Assembly (NCBI GenBank): GCA_013314775.1
Contig: JABUFB010000002.1
Coordinates: 122,576 to 186,575, forward strand
Reading direction: 5' to 3'
DNA from: Armatimonadota bacterium
Lineage (GTDB): Bacteria > Armatimonadota > Zipacnadia > Zipacnadales > JABUFB01
DNA: 64,000 nt
Below are positions 9,811-17,586 of the stretch, piece by piece (positions within the stretch are counted from its first letter, which is position 1; every line of letters starts with the position of its first letter). Under the pieces are notes generated by a model. That model ran no database searches, was not told where the DNA came from, and saw only the letters and a program-made list of their open reading frames with translations. The translations under genes and the position numbers were made by a program.

Positions 9811-10078
9811 TGTGGCCTACGGGAATTGCTTGCGACGGCGAGACGGTAGCGAATTGGGCATTGTCGGGTCCTTTGGCAGCCCTTGTCTTTGTCTTGTCGG
9901 AGGAGGCTAACGGGCAGCGAGTGCGGAACAAGAGTGCCGGGGAGGCCGTCTCAAGGCTGAACAGCGCTTTCTGTCGCCCGTTTTTTGCCGGGGCTATTGA
10001 GGGGCTTGTTCATTTCTGGTACACTTCGACCAGTCCTCACAAACCAACGCGGTCGCCACCTGCCGCGGGAGGTTCATC

Positions 10079-10687
10079 GTGTCTGTCAGCAAACTGGCAA
10101 TCACTGGTGCGCTCGTGTCCGTGGTATTCGCAGCCCTCTGTCTGTCCGGTTGTGGCGGGGGTGGCGGTGACGTTGCCACCGCCGACGTGACCGGGACTAT
10201 TCAGGACGACAGCAGCCTTGCCGGCCTGTCGGGCGCAGTAGCCCGGGTGGATTCCCGCACATCCGCCCCCACCGGCCCGAACGGGTTCTTCACCGTCGAG
10301 AACGTGCCGGTCGGCACCCGGCAGCTAGTGATCGCGCTCTCCGGGTACCAGACGGTGACCGTGCCGATAACCGTCAACAGGGGCGGCACCAATATCGGCA
10401 CCGTGTACGTTCCTCCGGTGCCCATTCCCGGGCAGGGACACATTGTGGGGGAGTTGCGCGACAATGCAGGCACCGTTGCCGGCGGTACCATTGTGGCGGG
10501 CGGGAAGACCGCAGTGAGCAAACCCAATGGACAGTTCGCCATCTATAATGTGGCTCCCGGTGCCACTGCGGTTACCGCGCAGTTCTCAGCGAAAATCGCG
10601 CGGGCGAACATCACCGTAACAGCCGACCAGACGACGTCGGTGGTGCTGGGGCTCAGCGTCTCACCGCCCACGCCCCCTGCTCTGTAG
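10079..10687 (+). CDS. lipoprotein with two carboxypeptidase-regulatory-like (CarboxypepD_reg) beta-sandwich repeats
   Basis: GTG start. Signal peptide with lipobox (AALCLSGCGGGGG). The repeats are NGFFTVENVPVGTRQLVIALSGYQT and NGQFAIYNVAPGATAVTAQFSAKI. Confidence 0.6.
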   Translation: MSVSKLAITGALVSVVFAALCLSGCGGGGGDVATADVTGTIQDDSSLAGLSGAVARVDSRTSAPTGPNGFFTVENVPVGTRQLVIALSGYQTVTVPITVNRGGTNIGTVYVPPVPIPGQGHIVGELRDNAGTVAGGTIVAGGKTAVSKPNGQFAIYNVAPGATAVTAQFSAKIARANITVTADQTTSVVLGLSVSPPTPPAL

Positions 10688-10809
10688 TAGAAGTCTGACG
10701 TTCAAGAGCCACGAATCCGTGACCAAGAGGCGGCCCTGGGAACCAGCGGGTCGCCTTTTCAGTCTATGCTAGCATTACGGCGTATTGCGCGCTTGCGGGG
10801 ACACACCCC

Positions 10810-11535
10810 GTGTTGCGCCAAGATCCGCCCGGGCGGCGAATCCGGTTCAGGGTGAAAAATACTCAGCGCATCCTCATCGGAATATCGGTGCTGGTGGTCG
10901 CAGGGGCGCTCTCTTTCCTGGCGGTCCGGGCACTGACGCGCCGCGACCGGCCGGCCGATCTCCCTCCCAGCGCGGAACGCGGCGCCGGGGCGGTCATCAA
11001 GTCGCCGGAACTGCAGCACATCGAGAATGGTAAGCTGGCCTGGAAGGTGCTCCTGGATCGTCTTGAACTTCAGACGGGCGGCGGTAATGTGGCGGTGCAG
11101 GGCCTGCGCGAAGGGCTGATCTACGATAGCAATGGCAAGCCTGTGTTGCGCATCACTGCCAAGCAGGTGAAGGGCGACACTCAGCGCCGGGACTTCGAAG
11201 TCAGCGGCCAGGTGGTCGTCACTAGCCCGAAAGGTTTCGTGATCCGCACCGAACGAGCCACCTGGCGGAATGATGTGCAGAAGATCGACTGCCCTGGCGC
11301 GGTGAGCATGAAGGCGAAGAACATCGTGATTGCGACCACCGGCCTGGTCTACGCGCTGCAGACCGACCAGGTGGCCTGCCCGAACCAGGTTCGCATGTAT
11401 TCCGGGGACAACCGCGTGGTGGGGCACTCGCTGGTGTATGACGTGAAGACCGGTAACGTTGATCTACGAGATATCCAGATGGTCATCAACCCCGAGGAAG
11501 GCAGGCAGATCCTAAAGGAGTGGAGCAATCCATGA
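10810..11535 (+). CDS. lptC: LptC-like LPS export periplasmic protein (membrane-anchored OstA-like fold)
   Basis: N-terminal TM anchor (ILIGISVLVVAGALSFLAV), then a beta-rich ~190-aa periplasmic domain. It is translationally coupled (ATGA) to an LptA-like gene. The family call rests on architecture and synteny. Confidence 0.5.
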   Translation: MLRQDPPGRRIRFRVKNTQRILIGISVLVVAGALSFLAVRALTRRDRPADLPPSAERGAGAVIKSPELQHIENGKLAWKVLLDRLELQTGGGNVAVQGLREGLIYDSNGKPVLRITAKQVKGDTQRRDFEVSGQVVVTSPKGFVIRTERATWRNDVQKIDCPGAVSMKAKNIVIATTGLVYALQTDQVACPNQVRMYSGDNRVVGHSLVYDVKTGNVDLRDIQMVINPEEGRQILKEWSNP

Positions 11536-12395
11536 GACGCGCCCGAGGCTACGTGGCGGCGACGTACTGGGCGCTGGCAATTCTCGCAGCGGCTTGCGCC
11601 GGCGCCTGGGCGCAGGGGAACGCCGGCCTGTCCACGGAAGTCGGCACCCCGAAGAAGCTGGCCCCCCGCGACCAAACCGAAGCGAAGAAACAGAAGAAGG
11701 TCCGTATCAACCACGCCGACCGCGCCCGGTACGACAGCGCCCGCAAGATGTTCTACCTCTACCGGGACAAGACCAACTCCAAAGGGCCCATTGAGTTCCA
11801 GGATGACGAGATGAAGCTCACCTGCAATGAGGCGGTCTACAACGAGACCGACGACACAGCGGCCTGCGCAGGGGACCTGAAGATCGTGGACGAAGACAGC
11901 GTCATCACCGGGGCCCACATCTACGTGGATTTTGATGCGGAAGTCGCACGGGTGGAGGGCAGCGTCAAGATCGTCACCACCGAGAAAGTGAAGCCGAAAG
12001 AGGGGGAAGAAGGAGAGGAGAAGACCCGGATCACAACGCTGGTGTGCGATCTGGTGGAGTATACCTACACCGAGGGCAAGCGCCGCGCAATCGCCACGGG
12101 TAACCTGAAGGGCGTCCAGGAGGATAAGACGGTCTTCTCCCCGAAAGCGGACTACGATCTCGAGAAGGAGATTGTGGTTCTCAGTCCGCCCGTACGTATT
12201 CAGTTGGACAATGGCAGCGAGTTCACCACCGACGGGGCGACCATCAGCACCGCAGATGATTGGATGGAGACGGGAAACATCACGGGGTTCTTCATTGACA
12301 ACAAGGACGAAGAGCAGGGCGGGGAAGCGGGCAAGCCTGAGGAGGCTCCCACGCCCGCCCCACCGCCAGCAGCTCCCGAAGGCGAGAACGGATAA
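11532..12395 (+). CDS. lptA: LptA/OstA-N-like periplasmic LPS transport protein with an acidic Pro-rich C-terminal tail
   Basis: MRRARGYVAATYWALAILAAACAGAWAQG (signal peptide). INHADRARYDSARKMFYLYRD...IEFQDDEMKLTCNEAVYNETDDTAACAGDLKIVD fits the OstA N-terminal beta-jellyroll repeat logic. The ATGA overlap with lptC at 11532-11535 is consistent with translational coupling. Confidence 0.55.
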   Translation: MRRARGYVAATYWALAILAAACAGAWAQGNAGLSTEVGTPKKLAPRDQTEAKKQKKVRINHADRARYDSARKMFYLYRDKTNSKGPIEFQDDEMKLTCNEAVYNETDDTAACAGDLKIVDEDSVITGAHIYVDFDAEVARVEGSVKIVTTEKVKPKEGEEGEEKTRITTLVCDLVEYTYTEGKRRAIATGNLKGVQEDKTVFSPKADYDLEKEIVVLSPPVRIQLDNGSEFTTDGATISTADDWMETGNITGFFIDNKDEEQGGEAGKPEEAPTPAPPPAAPEGENG

Positions 12396-12774
12396 CCGGC
12401 GAGCGGTTGCCGATCAGCGGGAACGAAACGGGGCTCGGCGGTGGTCGTCGGGCCCCGAGTGATTCCGGGCGGAGGACACGCCAGGTTTTCTGCCCTTGCG
12501 TCTCACAGCCCCCGAACAGGGGGCGGCAGAGACCCGAACAAGGCTTGTCGCCCCGTTGGGGCTCTGGGGGAGTGTTCAGGGGCGGACTCCACGAGAGCGG
12601 CCCATTCGGGGCCTGACGGCAAAGGCGACGACAGAAAGGCAAAGGCGCAGCAGACGACCGCGCGCGGCCACCCGTTACAAGCCCGCGCCTGCAAGGACAC
12701 GGCAACGGCCGGCGGGCGCGGGCCGCCCGCCCCACGCGGCGCAAGGTGGCGGCCACAATGATAACTAGACGGCT

Positions 12775-12794
12775 GACAGGCAGGATTGCCTGTC
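12775..12794 (-). terminator. intrinsic terminator hairpin downstream of the transporter gene
   Basis: GACAGGCA-ggat-TGCCTGTC is a perfect 8-bp stem. On the minus strand it is followed by ...AGCCGUCUAGUUAUCAUUGU (U-rich), ~25 nt after the stop at 12818. Confidence 0.5.
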
Positions 12795-12817
12795 CCACCG
12801 GGGGCCGGCCGAGCGGC

Positions 12818-14803
12818 TCAGAACGGCATCTGGGTGATCGACTGCGAGACCAGTGAAATCGCAATTGCCAGCATCGCCACCAGTCCCATGCCGCAGCTGA
12901 AACCCGCGTACAGAACCGGCGGCCAGCGTCGCCAGTTCTCCTCGCCGAACCGCTTCTGCATGTAGTATCGCCCCACCAACGCCCCTATGAACTCCGGGAA
13001 AATGAAGTGGGGCATCATCCCCAGTCCGCGGATGAATCCGTAGATCAGCATAACTGGCAGGCGTATCCGGTCCAGGATCGCGTAGGCGATGAGCCCGAAT
13101 CCAAGACCGCCCACCATAAGTCCGGGCTTGATGGCGCGCTCGAAGATCTCGCGGTGGCCACCCTCGGTGGTCGCCGAATACCAGACCCACTGCTGCAGCG
13201 CGGTGAAATCCCAGAACTTCTGAGCGTAGGGGTAACTGATGGATGGGATCGGGTTCAGCCGCCAAATGTAACTCCAGAAAAGGAAGCTGCAGGGAATCAC
13301 CACCAAAAGCATGAGGACTTCGGCTTTCAGGATGCTCGTGAATTTCGTGCCTGTAAGCTCAACTTCTCGGAACCTTCCCGTGGTGGCTCCGTAGTTCGCG
13401 AGGGGGATCGGCGCGAACCATATAGCCACGCCCTTGTAGCCGCTAAAGATGAACGTCGCCTCTCGCACCATGGGGAAGGAAATGAACTGCCCTGTCAACC
13501 CGATCATCCGCGCATTGACGTAGGACTCGAAGGGGGTCCACAGGTACCCGTAGACGATAAGGAACACTAGCGGGAAGTCGGGCACCAGTTTCTTGCACAG
13601 GATGATGTAGCCTGTGGTCGTGGCGGCGAAGAGCAATATGCAGGCGGTGAGGTTGAAGTCACCCCGGCCCTCTGGTGGCTTGCCGAGGCCGACGCTCTTT
13701 TCGGCCGCCGACAGGCCCGCGCGCCGGGCTTCGAGCCAAGTGCCCACCATTTTGTAGATGCCCAGCAGAGCCACGGCGAAAGCGGTGCCGACGCCAAAGG
13801 ACAGCCAGATGTCGATGGATGCCGCCCAGACGGTGCGCGTGGATTCCATGCCCGGGCGCCACGTGGGCATGTGACCGGTGACCTGCGCGATGGGATTGAT
13901 GAACATGGTGGCAACGGCTGCGGAGAAGCTACCGGCGATCATCCAGAATGGCAGCACGAAGCCCAGGAAGATCGTGGAGATATTGGTGACGATACCCGTG
14001 GCCACACCCGGCAGGATGCGTTCGGTGCCCTGGGTGAAGTCGATCCAGGGGATGGGCAGAATCTGGATCGGCTGGACGAGGATGACATCGGTCAGCGTTG
14101 GGATGGCGACGTAGATGAGGCCGAAACCGATGCCGATCATGCTGCCGATGGAGAAGATGCGCCAGCGCCAGGTTTCCTCCTTCTTCGAAGCCTCGGCAAG
14201 GGCGGTCGCTCCCTGCGCCGCGATAGGAGCCATAGGGAAAGGCAGTTTTTCACCGTCGGAGGTGAGCCGGAACAGGGTGTATCCGAAGGTGAACCAGGCG
14301 ACGCGGCTGAAGACCTGGGTCAGCAGAAGCACGGTGATCGCAGGGACCCAGTCGGGGTGCATGAAAGTCCGCAGGCGGATGGCTTCGGAAGTCCCCGGCG
14401 GCGCGACCCAGTTCGGCACCTGGTCCCCGAGGCCGGCCGGTGCCGCGGAGCGGAAGAACTGGTTCCAGATCAGCATCGCGAAGGGCCCGCCGGACAGTGC
14501 TAGCTGCCCGATCATCGCCGTGAGGCCGCCGGCGATGTAGTACAATACGTAGACTTCCTGTTTGGACAGTTGCGTGAACGAACGCCGGGCCACCTCGGTG
14601 AAGAGAATAATCGTGGTCCACTCGGCGGCCGGGCCCATGGACTGGCCGACCACGAGCCCGAGGTATATGGACCCGGGCATCATGACGAAGCCGATGAACA
14701 GTGCGCCGAGGATAGTCTTCAGCCCGAACCCATCCGCGTAGGTCTCGGGCGCTTCCATCAGCGAGCGGTACTGCGCCAGTTCCTGGGCCTCTCGCATCTG
14801 CAT
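12818..14803 (-). CDS. polytopic integral membrane transporter (~16 TM), possibly OPT (oligopeptide transporter) family
   Basis: 661 aa, with hydrophobic helices throughout. The N-terminal ...GSIYLGLVVGQSMGPAAEWTTIILFTEV... resembles the bacterial OPT-family start (ANAYLGLKVGLTVSASIPAAVIS). The overlapping + ORFs are compositional junk. Confidence 0.7.
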   Translation of the reverse strand: MQMREAQELAQYRSLMEAPETYADGFGLKTILGALFIGFVMMPGSIYLGLVVGQSMGPAAEWTTIILFTEVARRSFTQLSKQEVYVLYYIAGGLTAMIGQLALSGGPFAMLIWNQFFRSAAPAGLGDQVPNWVAPPGTSEAIRLRTFMHPDWVPAITVLLLTQVFSRVAWFTFGYTLFRLTSDGEKLPFPMAPIAAQGATALAEASKKEETWRWRIFSIGSMIGIGFGLIYVAIPTLTDVILVQPIQILPIPWIDFTQGTERILPGVATGIVTNISTIFLGFVLPFWMIAGSFSAAVATMFINPIAQVTGHMPTWRPGMESTRTVWAASIDIWLSFGVGTAFAVALLGIYKMVGTWLEARRAGLSAAEKSVGLGKPPEGRGDFNLTACILLFAATTTGYIILCKKLVPDFPLVFLIVYGYLWTPFESYVNARMIGLTGQFISFPMVREATFIFSGYKGVAIWFAPIPLANYGATTGRFREVELTGTKFTSILKAEVLMLLVVIPCSFLFWSYIWRLNPIPSISYPYAQKFWDFTALQQWVWYSATTEGGHREIFERAIKPGLMVGGLGFGLIAYAILDRIRLPVMLIYGFIRGLGMMPHFIFPEFIGALVGRYYMQKRFGEENWRRWPPVLYAGFSCGMGLVAMLAIAISLVSQSITQMPF

Positions 14804-14944
14804 AGGCGTCTACTCCGCAGCGGACTACAGTATGCCAAGCCTGGGCGTCCGCGGTTTGCGTCCGAGGCGATCCGCCGCCTCAGACGACATTGACCACTTT
14901 GCGAACCCACTATTTCGCCGCCCGCGCAACCATTCCTTCCCCGC

Positions 14945-14969
14945 AAAACAGTGAAGGCCGGCGCATTGC
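14945..14969 (-). terminator. Rho-independent terminator
   Basis: AAGGCCGG-cgcattgca-CCGGCCTT is an 8-bp stem. On the minus strand it is followed by CACUGUUUUGCGG, ~35 nt after the stop of the 15004..15837 gene. Confidence 0.55.
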
Positions 14970-15003
14970 ACCGGCCTTCGTAAGAATTGGCGCCCGCCTC
15001 TCG

Positions 15004-15837
15004 TCACTGCTCCATCGCGGCTTTCATCTCCTGCAGGATGCGCGGCAGTTCGGGGGAGGCGAAAATCGCGACGGCTCGCAGGCTCGCACGATCCTGTGCC
15101 TTGCCCCCTCTCGCCACCACCAGCGCGTCGGCGGTCAGCAGGCTCATCCCCGAGGGCATGAGGGCCTGCAGGTCTCCGGCAAGTTCTTCGATTTCCCGGG
15201 AGATGCCCTCCGGGCCCAGTTCGCGGAGGCGATCCAGGAACGCGGGCAGTGCCTGCTGCGCGGCCTGCTTCTCAGCTGCGTCCGCGATGTTCAGGACGAG
15301 TCCGGCAATTGCGGCGTCGCGAACCGCCGGCCAGTCTTCGGCCGCGGCGGCAACCGCCGCCGCCAGTATCTTCAGGTTCGCCCGGGCCACCTGCTCCTGC
15401 GGTCTGTCCGCGGCCCGTTCCGCGATCTGCGGCTGCCGGAGCAGGAGCATCTGGCTGGGCGTGAGTATCTCCCGCAAGGCGGCCTCGATCTGGGGAAGGA
15501 ACCTTGCACGCATCCTGCCGGCCCCGGTTAGCTTCAGCACTCCGTTGAGCACGACAGTGTCCTCGCGCGTCATCTCGCCGCCCCGAAGCAGCCGGGCCTT
15601 GATTTCCGTAAGCTCTCGGAGGGTCTGCTCATTGAAGGAAGCCTCAGTTTCGGCAATCCCCAGTTTCGCATACATTGCGAGTACCTGGTCGATCTGGGGG
15701 ACGGTGAGCTTCAATGGTGCGATCTGGCGGAGGAGTTCGATGTCCTCGAGCAAGCGCGGACCATCCTCGGGAGCGGGTGCAGCGCATACCACCAGAGACA
15801 ACAGGGCAACAGAGATCAGCCAGCCAATACGGTACAT
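15004..15837 (-). CDS. secreted hypothetical protein (alpha-helical)
   Basis: MYRIGWLISVALLSLVVCAAPAPEDG signal peptide and ordinary amino-acid composition. The antisense 14987..15946 ORF is Ser/Ala/Arg junk. Confidence 0.55.
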   Translation of the reverse strand: MYRIGWLISVALLSLVVCAAPAPEDGPRLLEDIELLRQIAPLKLTVPQIDQVLAMYAKLGIAETEASFNEQTLRELTEIKARLLRGGEMTREDTVVLNGVLKLTGAGRMRARFLPQIEAALREILTPSQMLLLRQPQIAERAADRPQEQVARANLKILAAAVAAAAEDWPAVRDAAIAGLVLNIADAAEKQAAQQALPAFLDRLRELGPEGISREIEELAGDLQALMPSGMSLLTADALVVARGGKAQDRASLRAVAIFASPELPRILQEMKAAMEQ

Positions 15838-15909
15838 TCTGCGACCTCCCGGAGCACGGCATGCAAAGGTAGACGTGCGACAAGCGGATGAGTTCAGCCT
15901 GCGCCGGAG

Positions 15910-17118
15910 CTACTGCCGTTCAACCGCGGCTTTGACCCGCTCGTAGTTGAGCTTCACCGAACCGTCGCCGGGGCGCAATTTCATGAGTTCCTCCCAGACC
16001 GCCAGGGACTTCTCAGTCTTCCCGAGACGTTCCAGACAGTGGGCATAGGTGCGGTATGCCAGGTGGTCGCCTTTGAGTGCCACGGCCTGTGACAGCGGCG
16101 GCTCGGCCTTCTGGTACTCGCCGATGTTGAAGTAGTGGAACCCCAGAGCGTTCCAGGAGTCCGGGTCCATGGGCGCCGCGCCGATGGCCCTGTGGAGCGT
16201 GCCGATTGCGTCCACATTGCGCCCCATGCTCCATTCCAGCCAGGCGATCACGGAATAGGTCTCCACGTAATCGGGATCCAGAAGGATGCTAGCTTCGCTG
16301 CAGCGGATTGCCTGGTCGTAATCGCCGCAATGATACCACCAGTCTGACTCGGCGATGAGCACATCCGCGGCTTGCTCCCACATTTGCTCTTCAGGCATTT
16401 GGGGACTCTCGGCAGGCTTCAGGGGTAGGTCATCAACGGGTGGCGGCGCCACGTATGGGGTTGAGAGCGCGCCTTCAATCGCCTTGACTGCAACTGGCGG
16501 TGCGCCGTTCAGGGCTTGCCGGAGTTCCCGCACGATCAGGCGCCGTGCGGTTGGGTCGTTGCCCTGGATATGCCAGAGCGCCAAAGCTGCATAATAACGC
16601 ACCCAGGGCGGCTGACCGCGAAGGGCGGCGATGGAACCGTGCATGCCGCGCCGATCCCCCATGCAGCCCAGGGCAATCGCCGCGTGGATGCGGACCTGCC
16701 GCCAGTCGTCGTTGAGAGCGCGCACCAGCGCCGGGGTAGCATCGGGGGAGCCGATCTGGCCCAACAGGAAGGCCGCTCGCTCGCGGGGTGCATGGTCCGG
16801 GGACTGCAGCGCGGTGAGCAAGAGGGGCACGGCGGCCACGTCCTGCCTGAGCAACGGCAGCGGCGCCCAGGTGGGACGGCTGGGCAGGGATGCAAGCTGA
16901 TCAAAGCGGCCGAGATGCTCAGCGTCGGAGTTGTCGGAGTTCTCCGACGCAGGAGCCATCGGTGCGGGCGGTTCCATCATCGGTGCGCCGGGACCGGGCG
17001 GGGCTGCCATGCACATAGGGCCCAGAAGCGCGGCGATGAACATCACAATGCCCCTGCCCACGCCGGCGGTGCTGGCTGTCCCGCCTGATCGAATGTCCAG
17101 GTAGACTCCTGTGTTCAT
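15910..17118 (-). CDS. HEAT-repeat (PBS-lyase type) plus TPR-repeat protein, probably secreted
   Basis: AAFLLGQIGSPDATPALVRALNDDWRQVRIHAAIALGCMGD and WVRYYAALALWHIQ are HEAT-like. The C-terminal half has TPR-like pairs (WNALGFHYFNIGEYQKAEPPLSQAVAL...). An internal Met (MFIAALLGPMCMAAPP) gives a signal-peptide-like start. Confidence 0.65.
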   Translation of the reverse strand: MNTGVYLDIRSGGTASTAGVGRGIVMFIAALLGPMCMAAPPGPGAPMMEPPAPMAPASENSDNSDAEHLGRFDQLASLPSRPTWAPLPLLRQDVAAVPLLLTALQSPDHAPRERAAFLLGQIGSPDATPALVRALNDDWRQVRIHAAIALGCMGDRRGMHGSIAALRGQPPWVRYYAALALWHIQGNDPTARRLIVRELRQALNGAPPVAVKAIEGALSTPYVAPPPVDDLPLKPAESPQMPEEQMWEQAADVLIAESDWWYHCGDYDQAIRCSEASILLDPDYVETYSVIAWLEWSMGRNVDAIGTLHRAIGAAPMDPDSWNALGFHYFNIGEYQKAEPPLSQAVALKGDHLAYRTYAHCLERLGKTEKSLAVWEELMKLRPGDGSVKLNYERVKAAVERQ

Positions 17119-17526
17119 GGTGGGCTCCCATCTCCGCGCTAGGCGGCATGGAGGTGTCGTCCTTCACAGGAGAACGCCTTGGGAGGCCGGGAATATCCCG
17201 TGTTCCGCGTTTGGGAGAGGATCGCAGAGGGTATATTTTGTTTGCAATAGGGCAGCAGACGAAGCCATTGAAACCATTCGCGCAGAGTACCTTACCAACC
17301 TGCGAGGGGCGCAGGCGAAGAAGGGAAGCGGTCGTCAAATAGATAATCTCGCAGTTGCGACCCGAGCCCGTCTGGCCTAACCTGCCGAAGCGACGATTTT
17401 GGTGGAATGTCGGAAACGACCCACCCGGGGAGTCCTTCTCCCAAATGCAGGCAGCGAAGGCAGAGCAGAGGCGGGCTCGCGCATTTCCACGAGGCGATGA
17501 ACTAGTCTGCCCGGTAGAGAACAAGA

Positions 17527-17560
17527 AACGGGGACGGATGCAATTCATTCCGTCCCCGTT
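17527..17560 (-). terminator. strong Rho-independent terminator after the E1 gene
   Basis: AACGGGGACGGA-(10-nt loop)-TCCGTCCCCGTT is a perfect 12-bp GC-rich stem. On the minus strand it is followed by UUCUUGUUCUCU, 27 nt downstream of the TAG stop at 17587. Confidence 0.7.
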
Positions 17561-17586
17561 GTGCTGTCTGACCGATAGCGTGCCGA

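Noticed and set aside
13871-15946. Plus-strand ORFs (13871..14503, 14115..14540, 14890..15531, 14987..15946)
   Set aside because: Antisense to the transporter and to the secreted hypothetical gene. Low-complexity Arg/Asp/Gly or Ser/Ala composition.
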